62,995 nucleotides of DNA, filler included, from Octopus bimaculoides (GCF_001194135.2; 6 parts of 6 records of this genome joined end to end with filler, not necessarily neighbours in it), one strand, 5' to 3'. Positions 40,299-52,599 are shown, numbered from the whole stretch's first letter. The notes: generated by a model not told the origin, from the letters alone. Program-made: numbers and translations.

Positions 40299-41150
40299 AT
40301 GCAACTGTTTCGAAAACTACACGGAAGGAGAGTAGAATTGAAACTTCCACTAGAAATGTTAGCGGCTCCATCTGAGGCGGAAGGATTGACAGCAACAGAA
40401 AAAGGGCCAGCGTCAGAAACAGCAGCAGAAGTAGTAGCAGTAACAACAGCCCTAACAGCGCTACCACCACAGTTACCATCAAAATGGACAAGCACTTTAT
40501 CAGAGAGGACCACCCAGGGTTTTCCCAAACCCAGTTCTCCATCTCCCTCTCTCTCAAACACACGCCCACACATAGATACACACACACACCTCTATCGGGG
40601 ACAGATTACACAGACTCTGATTCCTACACATCTCGAAATGAGGATAAAGAGAGACAAAAATACCAAAACAATCAAAAGGAAAGCGCAAGAAGAAAACATC
40701 CGGATTCACACCAACACAAACATCGGACAACAAAAAAGTACCGTCACACAGACAGCCCCTCTAGCTCAACAAAAGCTATCACTACAAGCACAACCAACAC
40801 CACCACAATACCACCTCACCGCCAAAAGAAAGCTTTCAGAAGGACTGCTAAATTCTCAGACCCTGAATTTTGTGCTACTGAGAAGAGCAAATAAAGATCT
40901 CCTGACCCTCATAGCTCAAAATAAAGAGATTGAGAGAGATGGAGCAATTCATGACACCAGCATACTTAAAATGCCAGAAGAGTTGTTAGTGCGTACGCCA
41001 CTAACAACGTACAAGAACATTCGGGAGGTTTTCTCACACGATGTGGGAAACCCCAATATAGCAGCCTCCAAAAAACTTTTAAAGGGGTTCCCAAAGAAAC
41101 TCCAACCAGAACCGGAAGCCATGCCATCCGGCAGCGAACAACACCGGTAG
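40299..41150 (+). CDS. Putative ORF1 (C-terminal part) of an L1/Tx1-type LINE
   Basis: 283 open codons on a T-poor strand, ending 45 nt before the ORF2 ATG. No zinc knuckle is visible, so the call rests on position. The 5' end is lost in a gap or in stops. Confidence 0.45.
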   Translation: MQLFRKLHGRRVELKLPLEMLAAPSEAEGLTATEKGPASETAAEVVAVTTALTALPPQLPSKWTSTLSERTTQGFPKPSSPSPSLSNTRPHIDTHTHLYRGQITQTLIPTHLEMRIKRDKNTKTIKRKAQEENIRIHTNTNIGQQKSTVTQTAPLAQQKLSLQAQPTPPQYHLTAKRKLSEGLLNSQTLNFVLLRRANKDLLTLIAQNKEIERDGAIHDTSILKMPEELLVRTPLTTYKNIREVFSHDVGNPNIAASKKLLKGFPKKLQPEPEAMPSGSEQHR

Positions 41151-41195
41151 GGTAAGTAATCTTGCTCTTCTTTCTCACAGGTCTTTCCGACTAGT

Positions 41196-42579
41196 ATGGG
41201 ATTGATAAGAGTGGGTTGTGTAAATGTTCGTGGACTGGAGTCTCCTTGGAAGAGGGGCACCTGCTCGACGACCTCAGGTCACTCTCTATGGACGTGACAG
41301 CCATCAGCGAAACCAGGATTTCTGACACACGCCATCTGGTCTCAATTTTCGACGATATTAAGATCTACGCATCTCTTAGCCTGAAATAGGAGCGGGGTTG
41401 CAGTGCTGTTTAGGAAAGGCCTGGATCTCGAGTTACAGACGATCTTCCTGAACTCAGACGGTAAGTTGTTGGTCCTGGGTGTAAAGTAACAGCGAAGGTG
41501 GTAGTTTCAGATTAGTCGCTGTGGACATGGACAAACAGCACCGGGTCTTCCAGATCGTATTTAGATAGAATATTCTGTAGGCCAGTAGATAGAAGAAGCA
41601 TAGGTTGTCCACAGTTCAAAGTCGTCAGCTACAAAGACCTCAAATTTGTGATCTACACGGTCGACCTAGATAGGATCGTCTTTCCCAGCGCGTCAAGTAT
41701 TCAGAACCCGAGTTAGCAAGTAAAACCACCGGAAGTTGGCAGCCGCAATCGTCAACAACCGTTGGTGGATAGCCCCGAAAAGGGCTATTAGAGCAGAGGT
41801 AGTAGGATTTAGTAAGGGTAGAAGGAGAGCTAGTTAGAAAGCTAGATGGCATTGCGACTGACGTGATGGCGGCGAGATTGGCTCTTGATCAATTCTTCAA
41901 TGCCAAGCACGAAGGTTGCGTTGTCAGAGCTAGGGTACGTGCTCTAAAACTTGAGGGGACGAAAGCTGTTCGATGGGCCTGGGTGGCAGAGGTGCAACGT
42001 GTATGCTACACGAATCCAAACAAATGTATATGGAATTTCAACGACACTTCACCGAACTGTTCATGCACGGGGTGTGTCGGGGATGGAGTTGGATTTCACT
42101 TCATACCTCGACGGCATACCGCACCTTTCGGCCAGGGATGCAGAGTTTTGCGAAATACCGATAACAGCTGAAAACATACGGGACGCAATGACGAACTGCA
42201 CTAGGGAGAAGTCTCCAGGGCTGGATGCTCTACCCTTCAAGCTTTATCTTCATATGCCAGACTTGTTCGGGGATCTCTTGGCGGATGTCTATTATAACAG
42301 GCAGCAGAACGGGAGAATACTCAGTGCTGTGAACCGTAGCGTAGTGGTGCTTTTGAGAAAGGACCCAAACAAGAGGGACCAAATAGCTAACTTTAGGCCC
42401 ATAACTATGCTAAGCGCAGATTATAAGATTTTGGCCAAGGTTTTAGCCAAGAGGTTGGCGTTTTTCGATAAGCTGGTCGGTGACGCGCAGACATGCACTA
42501 TCCCGGACAAATCTATCCATGACAGCCTCCACTCACAGGCTATATCATAGAGAGAGTAGGGAAGGAGCCTGGCATGGGG
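41196..42579 (+). pseudogene. L1/Tx1-type ORF2 (APE endonuclease + N-terminal RT), frameshifted, internally deleted, 3'-truncated
   Basis: APE motifs MGLIRVGCVNVRGL, AISETR, GVAVLF, WTNSTGSSRSYLDRIF. Linker EGCVVRAR. RT motifs KSPGLDA, NFRPITMLSADYKILAKVLAKRL, SIHDSLH...YIIERVGKEPGMG; the sequence stops before the D..KAFD motif. Confidence 0.93.
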
Positions 42580-42599
42580 CTTTCATCGAGAACAAAACG

Positions 42600-45500
42600 G
42601 ATAAGATTTCAACAATTCATTCAAAATGTAGACTTCATGCCGAATAACATATGAACACTATAAACAATTCTCTATTCTTTTCAGCAAAAACAAGTTCTCG
42701 AAGCTCTTTTTATAGCCTATCTCACTAATGTATACAAACATAAGCAGATAAGCATATGAGTGGAAATTCCGTTTCTGCAAAATGTATACGTGTATAAAAT
42801 ATCTGAATTCTGTGTAAGCACATGCATCGGTCTATATACATATACATACATACAAATCTATGTGTGTGTGTATACATTCTCCTATATGTTTGTATGTCTA
42901 TGCATTTCTAGATTTCATGCTAATAGAGAAAGAGCCGGTTTGTAACCTAGATCAAAGGCACCTTAATTGGATTTTCGACATTAAAAGAATATTTGTGCAT
43001 GTGCAAATTTTTATGTTTTGCTTTATATATATATATCCTCATGTATATTGTTGCATGTCTAGACATGTGCATATGTACCTAAATGTTAAACATTTGGAAA
43101 GTTTTACAAATTTTCCCAGTTCCATTGGTGGCTTGTATTTGTAATTTAATTAGCTTTCCCGTTCTAGCTTTGAGAACCCTAACTTATCAATATTGGTGCT
43201 GAGGCATTTTGTTGCATATCCTAAATGTCCCAATAATTACAGTTATAAATCTGAATTTGTAATCCAGGTAGAGTAGCTGTAAATCTCTCGATAGTTCGGT
43301 GTAGGTATTTTTTTCGCCGATTTTTAACGTCATGTTAACATCCGTTGGGCAACTGATTTCCACTAATGTACTTAGTTTTTCTTCTCCGTGTCAAATAACT
43401 ATGTCTGATCAATAATGTTTACATTTTATCGAGGTTTTCACTGGGACATTTCGCCAATACTCATTTATATTATTAGTGGCTATGGCCTACCACAATTATC
43501 GCCTTAGCTTCACGATTATCCTTCCGACGGATCTCATTCCACAGTGCCTTGACTACATCATGTCTCATCGGTAGATAACGCGATGACATTTTTGGTCAAC
43601 TGCTTATGAGGTGGGTGATATTTTCGGTGTTAACTCCATAAAGTCTGCATAGGTTATCTCATTTTGGTATTTTTCTTGCGTCTCTAAGTATTTGGTTATT
43701 TTCTGTTCCTGGATAGCAAATACATACGCTTGAAAGCGAGAAGTAGTAATCCTGTTGTTGGTCCACGATATACTGCTTTGATTATCAATGTTGCTGTCAT
43801 ATTGGAGCTTTCTGCTAACATATCCCGGTATGGTTTTCTGTTGATGTTCGTGTATTCAAGGTTATCAGATAAGAAGTGTTACTCGAATAGTTGCTTTCAA
43901 AGTCACATGATGTTATCTGTCTCGTATATGCAAACTTGGTTAATAGATGCACTTCGACACCTGGTCGTTAAAAGATGTTGCTGAATAGATATTATGTGAC
44001 ATCAAAAGCTGTCTGAATCGATGTCAAGCTCTACCTTATTGTTTTTGCTTTAGGTAGAGGCGGTCTACGTTACTGATTAAAAGAAAATTATTTGTGCTGG
44101 TCAGTATCTTCCGAGTTTTCACATCAATGTCTCGGATCTCATCAAGCGTCCAACTATGTAGCCCATTAAATGCAGGGAGTTCGGAGGTCTATATTTACCT
44201 TATCGGGTTGTTAAATTCTTTAGTGATACGTTCCTTGCTATAGGTATCATCGTAACATACGTTTTCGTCTATCCCTGAGCACCTGTAATATTCCTCATTA
44301 GACATAGATGAACAGTTGAATCATTGATAGAGATGCTGCTAGTCTGGTTTACAGTTTTCCTCATTTCACAACCATATAGCAACATTTATCCTAACCAAAC
44401 TCCAACCTTATATCCTTTGAGAATGTTGTAACCAGATCAAGACTCTTTTTCATCTCATGCATACTCCTGACATACAGTTTAAAGTCAACCACAAAGCAAC
44501 AGTGCGTAATTCTGGTATTTCTGTCTCTTCATGAAACCATGAGAAACCCAATCAGATCTCCTCAACATAAATGACACAAGGTTTACTGAATGTGTGAACA
44601 GCATTACAGTGAGGCTGTCCCCCTGGAATATATCTCTACGATACTTTATTTCATTCGTGATAATAAAATCATTTCTTGTATTTAACTTCAGGATGGAGGA
44701 TCGGGATGAAGTCAGGTCAGCTATAGCTTTGAATGTGCTCTCTTGAACTTTAGAAAATCGAAGGGCTTTCTTGTAGTCTATCCACATTGACACCGGGTTC
44801 CTCCTATGTTGCCGCACCTCTGACATTACAGTTTTGTTTACCAACAGATGCGCGGCACATCCCCAAACTTCCTTCTTCCCAGCTGCTTGTCCTGCTATAA
44901 TTGATGATGTTATTACTTTCACAATGATCTTAGGAGGAGAGGTTTAAAAATGCTGTATATATTTTATATATTAAACTCTGGCATGCAATTGACTGGTAGA
45001 TTTTTGCTCCGTGGGTCATTCTGCTTTTGGGAATCGGTTTTGTCTCTGCAAGAACGAACTAGTGTGGTATGTTACTATTCTCACTGAGAGTTTGCTGGTA
45101 AAGGCTGATAATTACGGTCGGTAGAAGGTTAGCTTATTGTACCAATATCCAACAATCAAGTCTCCTCCTGATGCTTTTCTAGCCTGAAGATTTTGAATTA
45201 CAGTCACAAGGATGTTACTATCGATGTCGTATGTCTTGGGTGTAATGACTTGGAATTTCTTCCAGCCCCAGAATTTCTCTGTTAAACACCTTTTCTTCGC
45301 TCCAGATTTTTCACCAGAGGAAGTCTGTGTCTTCCCATGAAAGTGATTCTATGATATTTACTGCTTCTCTTCTCATGTCGCTGTACATTGCTGCTTGGTT
45401 GCAGTTAAAATTTATGTTAATTGTTTTTCTTTCGTTTACTCTCCTTTAATTTCGGTGTCTTAGTACTTGTTTGCGGATGATCAGTTTGCAATGGAGTGTT

Positions 45501-45650
45501 CTCTTTTTGCTATCTCCAAGCATCGCTTCTATCTCTTTCACTATTCGTTGATACAGTGATCTACTTGTTTGCAAGAGTAGAGATACGAACCCCAATTGCG
45601 AAATTATTAGTTCACAATCATGAGTATGCCACAACAGTTTCACGTGGAAA
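42600..45650 (-). pseudogene. R4-type non-LTR retrotransposon (RT + CCHC + RLE), family D2, decayed; ORF stop at 43079-43081, 3' UTR to ~42600
   Basis: KASGGDLIVGYW, WGCAAHLLVNK, WIDYKKA, IFQGDSL, FVVDFKLY (degenerate FVDD), FAIQEQ, LCRL..E.ITHLISS*..RHDVV, YWRNVPVK..SDIVI..LVEISCP, VIIGT, GTGKICKTF. Many stops and frameshifts. Confidence 0.93.
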
Positions 45651-46241
45651 CCTAAAAATCGACCATTCAGCTTGAAGCTATGGTGTAAACAGCATCTCGA
45701 ATGTCCAGGAGATTCGAACCCTTTTCTCTAGTGAAGCAATTTAGTACCTAAATCACGACAGACCGCTGCTGGAATTCAAGCAAGACAAATCAGGGCTCTC
45801 TCCCACAAGCTTTAACAATTTGCAGCGGACGTGTATTTGTTGAAATCTTCATTTAAAAAACCTTCTTTTCCGAAAGTTATGAGGAAGCAAAGCCGACCTG
45901 TGTGAATTTTCTGAATTTCCAGTTCCCATCTCCCCAACCCATCACATATATTTTTTCACTCTCATTTTGTATGTATCAATATTTAATCATGCAACTGCAT
46001 GTTATATATAAACAAAGAATAGATGTCTTTCATTCAGTTTGCATTAAAAGTGTGTCGATAATGTGAATGAGATGGGCTCAATTTTTGATGACACATAAAC
46101 ATAAATAGGACAACTGTATTTATGAGGATATTGTTTACTAACGAATACTAACTGTATTAAAAATTATCGGTAGTAGTTAGGTAGTAATTTAAAATTGCTT
46201 TATAAATGCACATTCTTTTAGCATAACTGAATTTCATTTCA

Positions 46242-46285
46242 TGTTAACTCGTTGGGGATTCGATTGAGTCCCCAACGAGTTAACA
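46242..46285. repeat. Near-perfect 44-nt hairpin (17-bp perfect stem, 20 bp with one G-T pair, 4-nt loop)
   Basis: TGTTAACTCGTTGGGGATTC-GATT-GAGTCCCCAACGAGTTAACA. Confidence 0.9.
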
Positions 46286-46573
46286 CTTCCGAGGTTCCAC
46301 TGGTTATGAAACATATGTAGCCTGGAGTTTATCTTCTTCGTTCCCTAAGTTTTGGATGTTTATTTGCATATTAAAGAATCCTGTTGTTAACTGTGAAATA
46401 TAAAATGAACTTTTTTTCAGTCTATCGTACTTCGAAACGGGAAAAATTCACAACCTTCTTTGCCAATAAATAAACCACCATTGTTCCTGAAAGTTGTTTT
46501 ATAAATCTTCTACGGATTGCTTGAACTTCCTACACATTGATCCTTGGATCTTACTTTTACATCTCTCTCTCTT

Positions 46574-46649
<76 letters not shown>

Positions 46650-46669
46650 GTATATATACTTTATTAATT

Positions 46670-46713
46670 AAACTGTTACTCAGAGTTTTACGTTCCCGTT
46701 CGTCGGACAGTTT
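46670..46713 (-). ncRNA. Minimal type I hammerhead ribozyme, left pLTR (degenerate: U4C, G12A)
   Basis: AAACUGU-CCGACGA-ACG(GGAA)CGU-AAAA-C-UCUGA-GUA-ACAGUUU: 7-bp stem I, 3-bp stem II with a GNRA loop, palindromic stem III. Confidence 0.75.
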
Positions 46714-47406
46714 TGGTTTAGAATGGAACAAAATAAGGATAGCCTTTATACAATTACTTTGATAGATACACATTTGAAAATGGTTTTGTTTCATTGGTCC
46801 TTTCAACTAACGATCTTTTCAATAACCGGTTATATGAAATTACAATTACGATTTAAAATCATATTATCATAAAAATCGAAGAAAGCTTTAAATAAAACAA
46901 ATAGCTTTAGTAGAAGGAAAAAAGACCTGTATACCCAGGGTAAATTAATTAATGGTAAAAGAATAATAAATTTATATAAATTAAAAATATATGTCCGTTT
47001 AAAATAAAAACATTTGCAAAGAACTACCATCATAAAAATACATATACATTTAGTAATACATACACATACCAAAAAACCTACATAAACATATATACACTAA
47101 ACATAGAAGCGTTGGTACATGGCTACATACACATACAAACAAATACAGGGAAAACATAAATATATACAAATGCATATATAGGTATCCACGTACATATATA
47201 TACACACATAATATTTCTCCGTGCGTGTTTCAAGTATACAATTTAATTGTTACAAGCTAGAGAAAGAAAACGAACAGAAAATCAGAAAATCATAGTGGTG
47301 GGAGAAAGAAAAAGAGGAAAAGAAGAAGAAAGAAGTGGTGGAAGAAATAAAAAAGAAATAGCAAGAGAAAATTAGAAAGAAAAAGAGAAAATAGATAGAT
47401 GAATAG

Positions 47407-47490
<84 letters not shown>

Positions 47491-47934
47491 AGATGATTTG
47501 GAAGTTGGTTCCCAACAAATGTTAGATACTTCGGTCAGCTTGCAAACGCACACAAAACGACATGCATATCTACATAAATACATACATGCAAAAAACACAC
47601 ACATATAGACACGCATACAAACATACAAATAAACATATGCGTAGATATATGTATATCTACAGACATATCTTCACATCAAGATAAATGAATACACCATAAC
47701 GTATATATGCATACAAATATATTTAAAAACTGTCTGATATATAGAATATTAAAATGAGAAAATTGTACAATAAATTAATATAATATAATTAAATGTAATA
47801 TAAATATATAAATTTAAAAAATAAAAATTTGAAATAATAATTTGAAATTTAAATATATAAAAAATGAGTAAAAATGAGTGAAAAGCTAAACCTCGGCGAA
47901 ACTTGAATTTAAATTTGTAGGAATTTAAATTTGC

Positions 47935-49983
47935 AGGAATTTAAGAGTTCACGTCTCTGGTTAATGCATGTTTATCCTGGAACAGGATGAAAAACTTTTC
48001 TGAGAGGTAAAGATTACATTTCATAGGTCTTCTATAAGCTTCATGTTTATATGGTGGTGCTTTTTCCAAAATTGTCCAGCTGATATTGAAAGGACGGGTG
48101 TCATTCTCCTTCAATTGCCAGACATGTCTTGCAAGGCTTCTTGCTGTCCTATTCTCGGGGTATGGGAAAAAATTTCGGTGGGAATAAAACCTGGTCTTGA
48201 ATAAATTTCCCGAAGCTCCTGTATGTTTTATATTCTTGTGGGCCATCTATTTGCACTTTAGCTCTATAAACTATTCCCTCTCTAAGACATTTTCCTTCTA
48301 ACGGACAGCAAGTTTTATCTTGGGAATTGCAGTTCTTCTGGTTAAATTCGGCACTGTGGTTGTTTGTATTAATTTTTTTGTTATGCTTATTAATAAAAGA
48401 GGCGAAGTTTTTGCAACAAGAATAGTTAACCTTCAGTGTTCTATTAAAAATTCTATAGAACTTATGGCTAGTTTGAAAATGTCTAGAAACTAGTTTTAAG
48501 AATTCCTTATATTTGTTTTTACAGCAATAGTAAATGCCGGATTAAACCGCAAAACTTTCCTAGTTCTAGTTTTACGTGGTCTATTACTCTTACAATTAGT
48601 TTGACTATACTGGATCTTCTCCAGGAATTCACTGTTCCTTAATGCATTATTATAATACGGCGCGGCATTTTGAAATGCTGTCTCATCTGAAGATATGGAT
48701 GATATGCGCCTTCCTATATTACTAACTAGGTTCTTAAGAATTACGGGTGATGATTTGATTCTTTGTTAATATAGCTTTTCACTGGGCTTATGGTAGTGTT
48801 TAAATTTATCTAATTGCAAATCTAAGTTAATATCTAAAAAAATCTACGTTACTTTCTATCGTAATCCGTAAGCCCATTCTTTGGAAGAAAGTAATCAGAT
48901 TATTTCTAAGTTTATCTAACTCATGGCCGTTTAAATTACGGATAACTATAAGACCGCCATTCCTGTATAATCTTGCATCTATAAAAGGGAATTCTAGATG
49001 CAGGTTATGCAAAATATAAGTTTCTATAAGGATACACAACTCTACTCCATTATATGCCCCCATCAGTACATAGAATAGAAAATCCTCACCCTTTTAAACC
49101 CAAGTGGAATCATCGTAAAAAAGAGGGATTCCCTTGCATGCAGGATATCTAAATCCGAGTTATCGATTGTGACATACTGCTTGGCGAAGTTTAATGCTTT
49201 AAAAAGTAAAGGCCTGGATATTGACGGGTAAAAATCGACAATATCGAACTGCATAAATTTGCAGTTGTGTTTATGGCTAATTCCTTTGAATCAATCTATC
49301 AGTAACTTGCTATTTCCACAAATCCATAAATTTAATTCACTATTTAACTTGCTTAAAATATAATCTAAAATATTTTTTGCTAATAAAGCCTATTTCAGTT
49401 TTAGTAAGGTCAATTAGTCTACATGTAGGGTTTCTATTGAAATTTGCTTTTTGGTCCTTCAGGGTAATAAAGGGTTGGCAGGTGGGGGGGGGTATTCTAT
49501 CTCATCACTAACTTTAAGATTATTAGCAATTCTTCTTGCTTCCAAATTCACCATTTCATATAAATTTGTGTTATCTTTTTTGTAGGTGTCTGTAATGCTG
49601 TTCGAAAGTAGACGTTTATAAACATATTTGTCAACCGCGTATAGACTTTTTGTTTTGTCGGAGTTTACGAAGATCTTATTCGAGTTCTTTATGTTTCTAA
49701 TTTTTTTCCTTCATATCTCTCTGGAGTGGGTTGTTGAATTTGTGGAATTTTAGTCTTTTAATAAGCTTGAAAAGGTCTTTTTCAAAAGCTTCTAATTCCG
49801 AAATGGTGGGTTTTAAGAAGATTTAAGGCCATATTTGATTTCCGTTTCGAGTCGAAGAAGAAGGCTTTCCATCTTATTCTTCTTATAAAATCCTCCGTTA
49901 TTTTCAACAAGACTTTTGAGGTATTGCTTCCACGCCGTGATGGCTATGTTTTTTAGGGAAAAATCCAATGGGTAGAGTTCCAT
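47935..49983 (-). pseudogene. PLE ORF: reverse transcriptase + GIY-YIG endonuclease (Naiad-style motifs), frameshifted
   Basis: [63 protein letters not shown] (YRDDG position), NHHP, FNPAF, CNSQDKTCCPLEGKC, IVYRAKV..YxG..FKTRFYSH, KCNLYLSEK. Confidence 0.95.
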
Positions 49984-51489
49984 TTCTTCTTCCTACTTGT
50001 GGAGAGTAGCCCAAACTTTCTAAAGAAGGAGCGGTTTATACCAGAGTAAGCACGTAAATACGAAACAAGGTGTGTGCTAGGATAAACATGCATTGAACCA
50101 GAGACGTGAACTCTTAAATTCTTGTCGGCACGCTGCGTGGTTTAAAACCGAAAAAATACAATATGGGTAACAAGTTTTGACTTTTGAAAAAAAATTTTGA
50201 CTTTCGCATTTAAATTTGATTTTTATACCTAATATATAGTCATTTTTTTGTATTACAATGCTAGTACATATTTCGACTTCACATTTTATATTTTACATCC
50301 GACTTTAAAGAAAACCTTGGACTGTTTTACAAATTTGAATATAAGTTTCGCCGAGGTTTAGCTTTTCACTCATTTTTATTCATTTTTTTTATATATTTAA
50401 ATTTCAAATTATTATTTCAAATTTTAATTTTTTAAATTTATATATTTATATTACATTTAATTATATCAATTTATTGTACAATTTTCTCATTTTAGTATTC
50501 TATATATCAGACAGTTTTAAATATATTTGTATGCGTATATACTTTATGGTGTATTTATTTATCTTGATGTGAAGATATCTCTGCAGATATACATATATAT
50601 ATCTACGTATATGTTTATTTGTATATTTGTATGCGTGTCTATATGTGCGTGTGTTTTTTGCATGTATGTATTTATGTAGATATGCATGTCGTTTTATATG
50701 TGTGCGTTTGCAAGCTGACCGAAGTATCTAACATTTGTTGGGAACACCAACTTCCAAATCATCTTACTCTCTCTCTCTCTCTCTCTCTATCTCTCTTTCT
50801 GTCTCTTCGCCTCTGTCTGTCTCTCTCTCTATATATATATGTATATATCTCTCTTTCTAATTTTCTCTTTCTCTTTCTTTTTCATTTTTTCCACTACTTC
50901 TTTCTTCTTTTCCTCTTTTTCTTTCTCCCACCACTATGATTTTCTGATTTTCTTTTCGTTTTCTAGCTTGTAACAACTGAATTGTATATTTGAAACACAC
51001 ACGGAGAAATATTATGTGTGTATATATATGTACGTGGATACCTATATATGCATTTGTATATATTTGTTTTTCCTGTATTTGTTTGTATGTGTATGTAGCC
51101 ATGTACCAACGCTTATGTTTTTACTGTATATATGTTTATAAAGGTTTTTTCATATACGTAAATATTACTAAATGTATATGTATTTTTATGACGTTGTAAA
51201 TGTTTTTATTTTAAACGGGTATATCATTTAAATTTAGTATTTTTTACCATTAATTATTTACCTTGGGTATATAGGTCTTTTTTCCTTTTACTAAAGCTAT
51301 CTTTTTATTTAAAGTTTTCTTCGATTTTTATAATATGATTTTAAACCGTAATTGTAATTTCACAAAACCGGTTATTGAAAAGACCGTTAATTTCAAAGGT
51401 CCAATGAAACAAAACCATTTTCAAATGTGTATCTATCAAAGTAATTGTATATTTACGCATATAACCTTATTTTGTTCTATTCTAAACCA

Positions 51490-51533
51490 AAACTGTCCGA
51501 CGAATGGGAACGTGAAACTCTGAATAACAGTTT
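51490..51533 (+). ncRNA. Minimal type I hammerhead ribozyme, right inverted pLTR (degenerate: U4C, G16.2A)
   Basis: AAACUGU-CCGACGA-AUG(GGAA)CGU-GAAA-C-UCUGA-AUA-ACAGUUU. Confidence 0.75.
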
Positions 51534-52599
51534 TTGTGATGTCTTTGCAGCTTTATTAATAAAGCATATTACTCTACCTCCGGTATTCGAATACTATTTT
51601 TTACACCTTGTTTCGCATTTATGTGCTTACTCAGGTATATATATGTATTCCTAAATAAAGAAGTAGTCGGCCGGATCGGGTTTTAGCTGAAGCTAAACAA
51701 GAACGCAGTAATGTAAGTATGAGGTGTGTTAATACCGACAAAAGAACAACATAAATAACGACTATTACAGACCAATGCTACTATCATATCAACACCAGCA
51801 ACCATCTACCTCACCTCCACCAAACACCTCCACTATTGCAACTGTCAGTACGTTTGAATCTTACCAGGAAAAAAAGCAATCATTCATGAATATATATNNN
51901 NNNNNNNNNNNNNNNNNNNNNNNNNNNNNNNNNNNNNNNNNNNNNNNNNNNNNNNNNNNNNNNNNNNNNNNNNNNNNNNNNNNNNNNNNNNNNNNNNNNN
52001 NNNNNNNNNNNNNNCGAAAAGGTACAAAAAACTGTCAGCAGGAGGAGGGAGAGATTGTTGGAGGTTGGCGAAAGAGATTTTCTGAGGTTGGTGAGAAAGT
52101 ATTCTGACACATCGTGGCATTTTAAAGATGAACTTTACGAAGGCTAATTTATTAAAGGTAATATATAAATGTAGTATATATGTATATAAATATATGAATG
52201 AAGTATTCAATGTTTAAGAATGAAATGAAGAAAGTGCAATAATAACGTTCACACTCACTGATGGTCACTCTCAGTAACTGCCTTTAGCTTACGGTGTTCT
52301 TGTTTGTCTAACTATCGAAAAGCAGCCAGAAGGATAGACATATTGTTGAGAACAAATGATTTCGTTGGAGGTCTGTTATCTCCATTCCAGCCCCTGGTGG
52401 CCTAGAAGAGGTTAGAAGGGTCAAGTGGCAAAGACATTATTCTCCTTAGCGAAGACTTCTGGGAAATGTATAACTGGTGTCATTCACAGAAAAACTATTG
52501 TTTTACCGTCAAAAAAGCGCTGTTGAACTGTTAAGTGAAATTTGGCAATCGTGGATCGAATCCACGCTATGCCTGCATGAAGTCACTACAGATATATTG

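Larger units (their letters stand above)
46650..51640 (-). mobile_element. Penelope-like element with inverted pseudo-LTR
   Basis: The main copy runs on the minus strand from ~50075 to ~46650. The plus-strand segment 50076-51640 is an inverted copy of the ORF C-terminus, 3' UTR, hammerhead and ~100 nt of leader. Confidence 0.92.

Noticed and set aside
45700-45770. tRNA-like GGGTTCGAATCTCC on the minus strand
   Set aside because: No full cloverleaf; at most a degenerate SINE head. No true tRNA gene was found in the window.
47935-49983. Possible selenocysteine (UGA) codons in the Naiad-like ORF
   Set aside because: The conserved Cys positions I checked in the linker and endonuclease are TGC/TGT or point mutants (TCC, TAC), not TGA.
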